Below are positions 1 to 10,389 of a DNA stretch of 38,551 bases, piece after piece. Below the pieces are notes generated by a model that was not told where the DNA came from, searched no databases, and saw only the letters and a program-made list of their open reading frames with translations. The position numbers were made by a program, and so were the translations under genes. Each line of letters opens with the position of its first letter. Positions within the stretch are counted from its first letter, which is position 1. This DNA comes from Octopus bimaculoides (Eukaryota). The stretch spans positions 26,026,956 to 26,065,506 of the forward strand of contig NC_068991.1 of assembly GCF_001194135.2 (NCBI RefSeq), in the 5' to 3' direction.

Positions 1-145
1 TATATATAGAAGGTTGAAAAGGAGCACACGAGTTGATATATATAACGAAAATAAGTCAAGGTAGAAAATGCCAAAATAATTTTATCATGAAGAACATTTT
101 ACTACCGGTTTCTGTCTTTGCGACTTTTTCAACTTAGAATAAAGC
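1..145 (-). repeat. Short interspersed repeat fragment with a weak hammerhead-like remnant (possible Penelope pLTR relic)
   Basis: The minus strand at 132-103 reads TTGAAAAA-GTC-gcaaa-GAC-a-GAAA-ccgg-TA, giving a small stem II, GAAA and the palindrome ACCGGT. The 5' core is decayed and there is no convincing stem I. Confidence 0.3.
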
Positions 146-1095
146 ATGAAAAACAATTAAGTTGTGGAAAAATGAAATGAAATGTTATTTAAAATATATT
201 TCCATAGTTTTCAAATATAGGGACATATTCCTTTTTTTCTGCCTGCCTGTGTCTCTTTATTACTCATGTGAGGTCTTGGTAGCAGGTAGCAGGTAGTAGT
301 AGTCGTAATATTCATTTAAAAGCTGATGTTGCACTTCATGTCTTGCTAAGAGTTTTCTCCTATGTGTAATCTTTCATGTGTGGAAAGATCTTAAATTGTC
401 AAAAACACTTCTTCAGTATTCCTTTTCCTCTTTGCAAATGTTATGTTGTGCAAACATTCAGGTATATCACTTACATTCTCTCCCTCCTCTCTCTTTCTTT
501 CTTTATCTCTCTCTTTCTTCACACGCACTTACACAAACACACACACGCACACCATGTTTAGAAAGTGCGTGACATGTAACCATTCAGTTAGAAATCCATA
601 TGTCCCGCTACGCTACAAAACAGTTGCCAGGAAACAAAATACACGTTATTTCGTAGATAATCCCATGTTAAATTTTTGGTGGCTTCAATGGTCATCGACA
701 ACGGATAAATAGAGAGGAGTATATAATGTGAAACACTGTATGCTCCAGTCGCACTTAGATATACATACGCATATATCCGCATGAAGCTGTAATGATGAAC
801 CAATTACATGTCACGGTCTACAAACACCCAGAGACATTTTTATTTGACTACAGATGTACACTATAATACACATCCATAGATATATGCATACGCGCAGCCT
901 TGCATGCATTCATTCGTATACACAGAGATGCGCGCCCGCACATGAAAACATGTATGTATATTTCTGCACACATGTACATATTGTAATGTTCATGTGTGTA
1001 TATATATGTGGTTTATGCATACTAAATGCTCCGTTTACGTGATTGTGCAATATTGTGAGTCAGTATATCCGTATGAGTGAATTTTTGTTTATAAA

Positions 1096-1991
1096 TTGGG
1101 TCATCCCATAGATAATGCGTTTTTTTCAGTTGCATGAACTAATAGTTAACGGGGGCGGTATATACTACCTGCATGAACTTGCTATAATAGCGGGTAGTAA
1201 TTTCACCTTGTCCTTATTCTTAGTGTAAGTTTTGAAGAGTGCAGTTCGACTTTAACATTTATTTTCGTCAAAGCTATAATGGAAGAGAGAAAGGTGCATA
1301 TTCGGCATATTGTGCTTTGAGTTCAATAGGGGCAACAGTGCAACGGAAAGTGCGGGAAATATTAATGTAGTATATGGGACTCGGACAATAAACGGAAGCT
1401 AGTTTCAACGGTAGTTACAGAAATTCCGAGCCGGAAACTATAGTCTAGAAGACGAGCTTCGCCATGGAAGATCTGTTGAGCTCCACGAGAACGTCCTGCA
1501 AACCCTGATGGAAAAGAATCCCATCGTAACTGTTGAGGAACTAGCAGAGAAGCTTGGATTTGGTCATTGAACTAGTCAGTCAAGTCAGCGCTTTCAAGAC
1601 GAATGGTTTTCTTCCATCAGGATACTATTCGGCTATATTAGGCGAGGATGACATTCCAAAGGCTGGACTGTTTGATTGGGAAACGATGCCCCATTCACCA
1701 TATTCGTCAGACATTGCCGCATCTGATAATCATATATTCCGCAGTCTTCAAAATCATTTGGACGGGAAAAATATGAATTCTGTAGACGGGGTCAAAACAG
1801 TAAAGCAGGAGTGTTTGTTGTCACGGGAAAGTAGATTTTGGAAGAGGGGTCTTGCAAGTCTACCGGATAGATGGAAGAGTATTGTAGAAAATGAAGGAGG
1901 GTATATTTTAGATTAAAGAAGAATTTTGTTTATATTAATTTTGAAAAATAAAAGAAGTATAAAAAAACGCATTATTTATGTGATGACCCAA
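1096..1991 (+). mobile_element. Mariner (Tc1/mariner, DD34D) DNA transposon, internally deleted, non-autonomous
   Basis: 31-bp TIRs at 1096-1126 (TTGGGTCATCCCATAGATAATGCGTTTTTTT) and 1961-1991, with 2 mismatches. TA follows at 1992-1993; the left TA reads AA. Total length is 896 bp versus about 1.3 kb for full-length mariners. Confidence 0.95.
1279..1916 (+). pseudogene. Mariner transposase pseudogene
   Basis: ATG at 1279 opens MEERKVHIRHIVL/EFNRGNSATES...FRAGNYSLEDELRHGRS (N-terminal HTH). The sequence then jumps to VFFHQD...WETMPHSPYSSDIAASDNHIFRSLQNHL (second and third catalytic D, YSPDLAP-like motif). It has stops and frameshifts, and the WVPHEL/first-D region is deleted near 1575. Confidence 0.93.
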
Positions 1992-2451
1992 TATTTTCTA
2001 GTAAACAAGTACATATGATTTTGTTCGTGTGAGTACGTATGTGTGTTTATATATGTGTGTGTATATGAGTGTGTGTATGAGTGTGTAATTGCATGTGTGT
2101 ATGTGTGTTGCGGTTTTGTATACTGAGAAATGTGATTTACAATTAATATAGTAATTTGGTTTCGTACATCGGGTTTATTTGTTTAAAAAACCTCAGTAGA
2201 ATTACATCGTCGTAACAAACAACCGTTACCGTTCCATATGCACAGACAGGCGTTCACGCACATACAGATACATGTATGTCATATATATACGTTTATATAT
2301 TCATTTTGCAAGATTTTTTTATGTGAATTCGTGTGTTGAAACAAATATTGTGCTTGGGGATGGTCATGTTGCCAGTTTGGCCACTGAATACACACGCACT
2401 ATATATTTGGTTTTCACTTACTTCAACCTTATTTCATATAAACTGTATATC

Positions 2452-2495
2452 GACCAGAATTCTTTGGACACACTTCTGTGACCTCATCAGTAGTC
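2452..2495 (-). ncRNA. Degenerate minimal type-I hammerhead ribozyme (left arm)
   Basis: Minus strand reads GACTA CTGATGA G GTCACA gaag TGTGTC CAAA gaat TC|TGGTC. CUGAUGA is intact, stem I has 5 bp, stem II has 5 of 6 bp, and G12 is replaced by C. Confidence 0.7.
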
Positions 2496-2551
2496 CTTTG
2501 CTTTCTTCTTTCCTTTTTGTATCTGAAAAAAAGAGAAAGAAGAAAGCAAAA

Positions 2552-2595
2552 GACCACTAATGAGGTCACAGAGGTGTGACGAAAGAATTCTGCCC
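2552..2595 (+). ncRNA. Degenerate minimal type-I hammerhead ribozyme (right arm)
   Basis: GACCA CTAATGA G GTCACA gagg TGTGAC GAAA gaat TC|TGCCC. Stem II is a perfect 6 bp and GAAA is intact. G5 is replaced by A and the 3' strand of stem I is decayed. Confidence 0.7.
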
Positions 2596-4956
2596 GATAT
2601 AAATTAATATAAAATAAGACTGAAGCATGTGAACACCAAATATATAGTGCGTGTGTTTTCATTGGCTAAACTGGCAACATTACTATCTCCAAATACAACA
2701 ATATATGTATGTATATATGTATGTATGCACATATATGTCTCTTTATATTTGGATTTGTATATGCATATGCACACACACGTAGTAAATTATTCATACAGAC
2801 ACACATACATCCATTCACACACATACACATGTGCTTGCACAAACACACACATGTAATAAGTAAATAAACTCGTTTATTTGTTTAAGGCAATATGTTTCAT
2901 AACGTCTACATTTAAATTTACCTTAAGTATCTTAAACAGTCTCGAGATACTGTAAGTGGATACATTCTATTTCTTTGCAGTGAATATTGTTTTTCTTTCC
3001 TTCATCTTTTGTCCCACTCCTTCCCTGCCATACTTAAATACAATGTTTCGGGAAAATAGATTTGTCAATGAAATGTCTATGTTTAGCGAACATTTGAAAT
3101 ACATCAATTCTTTTTCAATAATACTCATTCATTAATTCCCTTTCATCTAATAACATATTATCATGTGGATAAACGTATTCTTTCGTTGTATTTCACTATC
3201 ATTTTCCGTATGTATTTTTTCCGTTTCTAGTCTCTAAGTACTCGTTAATGTTTTCTTGATTATTTAGTAGAGAATAATATTATATCTTGTAGAAATGAAT
3301 TAGTCGAACGAATCTTGCGTTAGTTTAACCATTGAAAGCTCCGTGTGATCAGTCTCTATGCATATGTTTCGTTTTGTGCCGCTGAAGAACAAGACACCAG
3401 ATCTTAACTCTTTCAGACAACCCAAATATCAATAATATCAGCAACAATTTTTATGCAATTCTAAATTGCAGTGATGTAATTTTGTCTTTATGCGTTTATG
3501 TAAAGCTCAGTCATGTAGGGCGTTTTGGTATAATCAACAGTCGCTAATGTCTTGTTCCGTGACAGTGGTGACACATCATATAGATCAAATATGTGATTAA
3601 TATCGTTTCTGCGCTGGCGATCTATGTTTTAAATATGAAACACAGTTTATTTAAGACTCCATTACTGAATGTTTGCACGTGTACTATAGAAAATACGATG
3701 TGATTTGGAGTGTTTTGGATCATATTTCCAGTAGAAAATCTACAGCGTAAATGTTCTTTATATCAGGATGGTTTCCTCTTCAACTGAGGTGCAGATGCAC
3801 TCATTATCATGTAAGGACATGGTCCTCTCATGATAGCTGCCTTAAATGCCCCTTATATTGACTTCCTCCTAGTTGTTCTTGTTCATGTTTTGGTTAAAGC
3901 TGTGAAGCTTCAGGCTGGCTCACGTCAAGCAAACTGTATAGGTAAATATTCTGTTGAGCCTATTGTACCATAGTTAAATATCCTTCAGTTAGCGACAGTG
4001 GCTTGTGCATCCAGACTATTTCTGTGCGCTCCTCAATTCTATTATGGACAGAGTGGAGACGACATGAAGAAGTTGTTCAGCGTATGACAGATGCATTCAT
4101 ACGCAGCATTTATGCTCAGTGGAATAATCATGTTGATGACGGTTATTTCTGAGTGAGAAAGTTACTGTTTTATACCGTTAACTTGCAGTGGTCTGCATGA
4201 AGTATATTATTTCAATTATTTCACATATTCATATGGTCAATATGAATTGCTTGGAAGAAGTGCTTTTACTCAAGGAATCTGGTGTGGTTGATAATTAGTA
4301 TATTTATTTGAATATCGAGGTACTGTGTGTTAACAATATATGGCAATGCATAATGCATTAAAAAAGATTCTTTGTCGATTACTGAAGTTGGTTGTTGGGC
4401 GTTTTGGTAACCAGGCAGAATTAATCAATTTTGGATAGACAAAATATATTTGATAGGTGTGCACATTGTAGTTTCTCATATTATGACCACACACTGTGCT
4501 AAGTTTGTTAGTACGTCATTTTGTTTTGCTTGCTATATATTCAAAGTGTAACTTTATTGACTTTTGTGTCTGCGGTATATTTACGTTGTTGATATAAACA
4601 GTCCAAATAACATTGTTCTTAGGAAACAGACATGGAGGTCAAAATTATTAGCTACTTGATAATAGGACAGCTCGACCAACGTTGACCTGTGACTAAACAA
4701 GAGATCTGATAAAAAAAGAGCAGTACTTATCGAACATATTGATTTCTTGCGCATTCATTCACCAATTCTTTCAATTTCAACGATGATTTCCTTCCAGCGT
4801 GCAAAGTATTTGAATTGTTTGATGCAGCTGTTAATGTCCTCTAGGAGGGAATGAGTTGCAAATTATATCTAATATTTATTGACAAAAATGTTTCTTGTTG
4901 TCAAATCTCTGGAGCATCTTTGGAATTTTTTTTCAGTTATGTTTATTCACATTTAG

Positions 4957-5043
4957 CATATATATATATATATATATGTATTTGCATATGTATATGTATA
5001 TATATATATCTCACTTTCTCTCTCTCTCTCTCTCTCTCTCTCT
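4957..5043. repeat. (TA)n/(TC)n microsatellite running into a gap
   Basis: Direct reading. Confidence 0.95.
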
Positions 5044-5095
5044 NNNNNNNNNNNNNNNNNNNNNNNNNNNNNNNNNNNNNNNNNNNNNNNNNNNN
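5044..5095. other. Assembly gap
   Basis: N run. Confidence 1.
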
Positions 5096-5331
5096 TATAT
5101 ATATATATATATACATATATACATATTTATGTATTTATATATTCAGCTTTTGCTGAATGACATTACAAGTGATCTGTTTATAGTTATCAAATGTATCTGT
5201 GGTGCATTAGCCCACTCCCTCCATCATGTCGACGCGGTCTGGACAGATGCACAGTGTACTACGCATCATGTGTGGATGTGATCGGAGAGCAACGCGAGAC
5301 GGAGTGTTTTGCTCGATAACACAACGCACCA

Positions 5332-5520
5332 AGGGGGCAAGGTGGCGGAAATGTTAGCACGTCGGGTGAAATGCTTAGTAGTATTTCGTTTGCCGAGGTC
5401 AATTTTCCCTTTCATCTTTTCGGGGGTTGATAAATTAAGTAGCAGTTGCGTAATGGGGTGAATCTAATCGACTGGCCCCCTCCTAAAAAATGTCGGACCT
5501 TGTGCCGAGAGTAGAAAAGA
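5332..5520 (+). mobile_element. tRNA-derived SINE, family B (GGCGGYGAGCTGGCAGAATCGTTAGCAC head), with internal deletion
   Basis: Perfect 16-bp TSD ATAACACAACGCACCA at 5316-5331 and 5521-5536. It is homologous to the copies at 15934, 23945 and 32055 but lacks their GTTCTGAGTTCAAATTC segment. Confidence 0.9.
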
Positions 5521-5609
5521 ATAACACAACGCACCATCCGGTCTTGAAATGGAAACCACAATCGATATATCGTGAGTGCAACACATTAACCAGTAGACCA
5601 TGTACACTC

Positions 5610-5740
5610 ACTACACGCACACACACACACAAACACACACACACACACACACGCACGCACACAAACACAAACACACACACGCACACGCACACGAACACAC
5701 ACATACACACATACAGCCACACCTATCTATCTATCTATTA
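5610..5740. repeat. Imperfect (CA)n microsatellite plus (TATC)n
   Basis: Direct reading. Confidence 0.95.
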
Positions 5741-5850
5741 TTATATGCTAGATAATAAAATGAATGGTTTAAACCTAGTAGAATATATTCACATTGTTCG
5801 TTATGTATCTGGTTAATGATAAGCGGAAGATGGAAGATACGAAAGTTTTA

Positions 5851-5962
5851 TTAATCACTCCAATTGTTTCGACACATCTGGCGTCGATTCCTCGCGAGTG
5901 GGATACTTAACAATTAGTTCAGGAGCATCTGCCGATGCAGATGTACCTCTTCGGGCGATAAA
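5851..5962 (-). ncRNA. Degenerate type-I hammerhead ribozyme with extended stem II
   Basis: Minus strand reads TTTATCGC CCGAAGA GGTACATCTG-(57 nt)-CAGATGTGTC GAAA CAATTG GA|GTGATTAA. Stem II has 10 of 10 pairs (2 G.U), stem I has 5+2 bp, and the stem III position holds the palindrome CAATTG. U4 is replaced by C and U16.1 by G. Confidence 0.72.
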
Positions 5963-6019
5963 CAGATATAACAGTTCTACAAAATATCTTCTCGGTTCCT
6001 GCGAAGAAAAGCAGCAAAT

Positions 6020-7590
6020 TAAAGGATATAACTTTATTTATATCCATAATTAAGCTTGATGACAATATTGGAATAGAAAAGATACACAAAATTGTTTTGA
6101 CATCACATTGGGTGCCGCGGACTCGGTCCCAGTAACGGATTATCGTTGGGATCTATCTTTTGTAAGACGTGCATGATGAATTGCCGGAAATTATGGGTGG
6201 ATTATATAGGGAAATACACATTTTATTGTCAACAATGTATCTAATAGAAAATTAAAAGTATTTAAGAAAAAAGTCTATAAATTTTTCAAAAGATATGGGC
6301 TTTCTATTGAAAAAGATAATAACTCAGTTAACTTTTTAGATGTTAATTTCAATCTAATAACTAGCAAGAATGAACCTTTCCATAAATTAAATATGAATTT
6401 AAGCTACATTAATTTCCTACGTAATCACCTAGGATCAAATCAATTAAAAAATATTATTTTCCAAAATAGGGAAAAAGAATATCGTACTTATCATCTAATG
6501 AAGACATATTTATGAAGCATGCAAATTATTGCAACATGATTGTAGCTAAAGCTGGATACAGAGATAAGATAAAGTACCATCGACTAAATGATAAAATTAT
6601 AAATGATGAAATTAATTATAAGAGAGGAACAAAAATTGAATAGATGGGTGATTCAAGTAAAGCTAAATCTACAAGTAATAACAAACGGAGAATTAACAAA
6701 TTAATCAATTATAAACTAGTAAGTAGTAATGATAATAAACTGGAAATAAATAAACACCAATCGCTAAATATGCAACACGATATAGAGAAAAGAAATACTA
6801 AAGTACCTTATAAATCTGAGTTAAATAATAAGCAACTTATGAATAATTATAATTATTTTTATAGTGACAAATTTGCAAATAATAATTCGGCTGTTTCCTT
6901 GAATACTCATACCCTTGAGAATCCTTGCAATATTCGTAATACAGAAAATAAACCATATACTCCTTTTATAAACTTTACGAAGTCAAAAATGGATTATATA
7001 TTCTTTACAAATGATTCTGAGAAATCTAATTAGATTAGGCTCATTGTTCCATATCAAAAATGATTTAATTAAATCTATATACAGATCTATTTATAACCAT
7101 TTTCATAAAGATAATAGATATTGTGAAATTATTAATTACAAAGTTGGTTATAGTTTAGCGTGCAGTCTGTTCATAATTATATCATCTATTAATAACAAAC
7201 AATTAGAAAATGTTTACAGTAATAGTAATATTTATTACAATAATTCATCAGAAAACCAACAAATTCTCCCTAACCTAAATACTAATGCTAACAGCCATAC
7301 TTACCTTAATGATAGAAGAGAAATAACCCATATAAACATATTTCTTCGAATAAATTATACATAAAGATATAAATGAAACATGTGACTGTAAAGTTTAAGT
7401 TAACTGGAAATTTTGAAATTTATGGAAGAAAGATAACCTGGTCTACTAATGCATAGTTGAATCTCATGGAAAGAAATTCAATTCTATTGGAGTAACAGAA
7501 AACATAATTAAGATTAGAGTTGCCAACCATTTACATATCTTTAAGAATAGACAAAAAATAAACTCTACCGGAGTAAGTGAATATGGACGA
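6020..7590 (+). mobile_element. Penelope-like retroelement (RT C-terminal half, linker, GIY-YIG N-terminus), decayed and truncated at both ends
   Basis: Frameshifted translation gives CFDITLGAADSVPVTD/IVGIYLL...GGLYR...VNFLDVNFNL...YINFLRNH...KRISYLSSNEDIF...KAGYRDKIKY (PLE RT and thumb). It continues HFHKDNRYCEIINYKVGYSLACSL..ISSINNK, then TCDCK and DNLVY*CIVESHGKKFNSIGVTENIIKIRVANHLHIFKNR at 7432-7550 (GIY-YIG). Confidence 0.88.
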
Positions 7591-7599
7591 CAATGCCTG

Positions 7600-7797
7600 A
7601 ACCGGACAGCGATCACGTGGTAGAAGACCGGAGGAGTTGAAAAGGGCAGAGGGACTAAGGAATAGGGGAGAAGGGAAAGAAATCAGAGGGAGGGGGAGAG
7701 AAAAAGGTTCAAGGAAGATAATTGAGGAAGAAAAGTAAAAGAGATTGAAGAATAAAAGGAAAGGGGAAAGGGATGGACGGAGAAGGAAAAGGAGTGA

Positions 7798-7853
<56 letters not shown>

Positions 7854-7990
7854 TAGAGGAAGGAATAAAGAAGAAAGGTGAGGAAAAGTGGGTGTGAGTC
7901 GTACATAATATTTAAAGGGTATCTATTTGACAAAGTAAACAAGTTGTACGTAGCACTGTGAGGATAAACCAAAGGTAGGACAGAAAGAAA
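7600..7990. repeat. Purine-rich (GA/GGA) low-complexity tract including (GA)n
   Basis: Direct reading. Confidence 0.9.
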
Positions 7991-8009
7991 CACAAACAGA
8001 AACCGTCAA

Positions 8010-8010
<1 letters not shown>

Positions 8011-8058
<48 letters not shown>
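8011..8058. repeat. (CA)n microsatellite
   Basis: Direct reading. Confidence 0.97.
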
Positions 8059-8068
<10 letters not shown>

Positions 8069-8070
8069 CA

Positions 8071-8212
8071 CGTAACTGTATGAGGCTGTTTGTATGTATG
8101 TGTGTGCACGTAAGTGTATGGAACTATGTGTGTTTGTGTGTGCGCGTGTAACTGTATGAGACTCTGTGTGTGTGTGTGTGCGCGCGGAGACTGTATGAGA
8201 TGGTGTGTGTAT
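8071..8212. repeat. Degenerate minisatellite, about 38-bp unit x4
   Basis: The core GTAACTGTATGAG followed by a (TG)n tail recurs near 8071, 8109, 8147 and 8186. Confidence 0.7.
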
Positions 8213-8260
8213 CGGAGTTGTTACCTGTATACGTTTGTGTAACAATAGGAGATTATTCAA

Positions 8261-8358
8261 TTGTCAGCTGGTATCTGCTGGCGTTGTAACACGGTACTTT
8301 TCCATATCACTTAGCTGGCAAAAGTGAGTTTTTACTTGTCATTCACAAGGGCCAGCCT

Positions 8359-8360
<2 letters not shown>
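8261..8360 (+). mobile_element. Decayed SINE fragments (probably family C)
   Basis: TCAGCTGGTATCTGCTGGCGTTGTAAC resembles the 3' end of the 9288 copy (TCAGCTGGGACCCTCGTTGTCGTAAC). Confidence 0.4.
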
Positions 8361-8405
<45 letters not shown>

Positions 8406-9209
8406 NNNNNNNNNNNNNNNNNNNNNNNNNNNNNNNNNNNNNNNNNNNNNNNNNNNNNNNNNNNNNNNNNNNNNNNNNNNNNNNNNNNNNNNNNNNNNNN
8501 NNNNNNNNNNNNNNNNNNNNNNNNNNNNNNNNNNNNNNNNNNNNNNNNNNNNNNNNNNNNNNNNNNNNNNNNNNNNNNNNNNNNNNNNNNNNNNNNNNNN
8601 NNNNNNNNNNNNNNNNNNNNNNNNNNNNNNNNNNNNNNNNNNNNNNNNNNNNNNNNNNNNNNNNNNNNNNNNNNNNNNNNNNNNNNNNNNNNNNNNNNNN
8701 NNNNNNNNNNNNNNNNNNNNNNNNNNNNNNNNNNNNNNNNNNNNNNNNNNNNNNNNNNNNNNNNNNNNNNNNNNNNNNNNNNNNNNNNNNNNNNNNNNNN
8801 NNNNNNNNNNNNNNNNNNNNNNNNNNNNNNNNNNNNNNNNNNNNNNNNNNNNNNNNNNNNNNNNNNNNNNNNNNNNNNNNNNNNNNNNNNNNNNNNNNNN
8901 NNNNNNNNNNNNNNNNNNNNNNNNNNNNNNNNNNNNNNNNNNNNNNNNNNNNNNNNNNNNNNNNNNNNNNNNNNNNNNNNNNNNNNNNNNNNNNNNNNNN
9001 NNNNNNNNNNNNNNNNNNNNNNNNNNNNNNNNNNNNNNNNNNNNNNNNNNNNNNNNNNNNNNNNNNNNNNNNNNNNNNNNNNNNNNNNNNNNNNNNNNNN
9101 NNNNNNNNNNNNNNNNNNNNNNNNNNNNNNNNNNNNNNNNNNNNNNNNNNNNNNNNNNNNNNNNNNNNNNNNNNNNNNNNNNNNNNNNNNNNNNNNNNNN
9201 NNNNNNNNN
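8406..9209. other. Assembly gap
   Basis: N run flanked by (TA)n. Confidence 1.
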
Positions 9210-9287
9210 TATATATATATATACGTGTGTGTGTGCGTGTGTGTGTGCGTGTGTGTGTGCGCGTGTGTGTGTGTGTGTGTGTGTGAA

Positions 9288-9432
9288 GGCGCGTAGCTTA
9301 GTGGTTAGGGCATTCAGCTCACGATCGTAGAGTCGTGAGTTTGATTCCCGGTGACGCGTTGTGTCCTTGAGCAAGCTGTTCTGTTGATCGTATCAGCTGG
9401 GACCCTCGTTGTCGTAACCGACAGAGTGCTCC
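9288..9432 (+). mobile_element. tRNA-derived SINE, family C
   Basis: Head GGCGCGTAGCTTAGTGGTTAGGGC contains an A box and GAGTTTGATTCCC a B box. They are followed by GTGTCCTTGAGCAAG, a post-tRNA motif common in SINE2 families. There is no complete acceptor stem, so this is not a tRNA gene. Confidence 0.82.
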
Positions 9433-9840
9433 TATATATGTATTATATATTGAATTATATCATTTTGGTAACGTTTTGGTTGGGCATCTAGATGCCTTTG
9501 GAAAACCTATTGCAGGACCCCGAGAAAATATATTAGTGAAACGCACGTATGCAATATAATATAAACTCTCGTTTATCCTTATTTCTCTCTATATATAAAT
9601 ATACGTATTTACAAATACGTATATGAATATATATATAAATATGTGCATAGTAAAAATAGTGTCAGTGTTGGGTGACCTCAAATGCATGTTTTGAGTGTTA
9701 TATTATATGACAATTAAAGTAGAATGGTTCTTGAGAGTGAAAGTACTTCTTGATATCAACAGAGGATTCTACCGAATTCGCGTAAAAAATCCCACACTGA
9801 CCAAGGCACAATTTACAGTACTCCTTGTGAAATGAAAGCT

Positions 9841-9927
9841 CTGTCTGCCTGTCTGTCTCTCTCGCTCTCTCTCTCGCTCTCTCTCTCGCTCTCTCTCTCT
9901 CGCTCTCTCTCCCTCCATCTCTCTCTT
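9841..9927. repeat. (CT)n/(CTCG) microsatellite
   Basis: Direct reading. Confidence 0.95.
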
Positions 9928-10389
9928 TTCACCGTCTCGTTTAGCCCATGTTTCTCTTCTGCAACACTTTTGCCAATAATTAACCTCTTGCTGTCAGCTC
10001 TAAACTATGTTTGCTATCAACTCTAAACCAAGTTTGCTATCAGTTCTGACTAAAGTTCTATAGTTAATAAATCTTTCATATCTTCTATATTCGTCGAATA
10101 CAATCATCCTCAAGCGGTCCGTCCGCTGAGCATCTATAGACTAAAATTCAAATCATATTTCAGTGATTGCAAGCATAATCTATTTCATTCGATATTACAT
10201 AAACTTTGAGATTAAATGGATCAGAAGCACGAGGCTTATTTTGGTAAGAGAGGTAATACCTACCACTACTACTGCGGCTCATCACACACTGATGGTTTCG
10301 CTGCTGTTGACGTTCCGGTATATTTTCTAAATTACGTATTATCTCTATTTTCCTAGCATCTCTCAAAGATAAAAACGATGGATTATTAC

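Larger units (their letters stand above)
2345..2704. repeat. 360-bp foldback (inverted arms about 2345-2519 and 2527-2704, about 7-nt loop)
   Basis: Manual alignment of the left arm to the reverse complement of the right arm gives about 84% identity. One perfect block is ACACACGCACTATATATTTGGT. TA lies at 2346-2347 and at 2702-2703. Confidence 0.93.

Noticed and set aside
9288-9360. tRNA-Val(CAC)-like sequence
   Set aside because: There is no closing acceptor stem and it continues into a SINE body. It is a SINE head. The same holds for the heads at 13607 and 30543.
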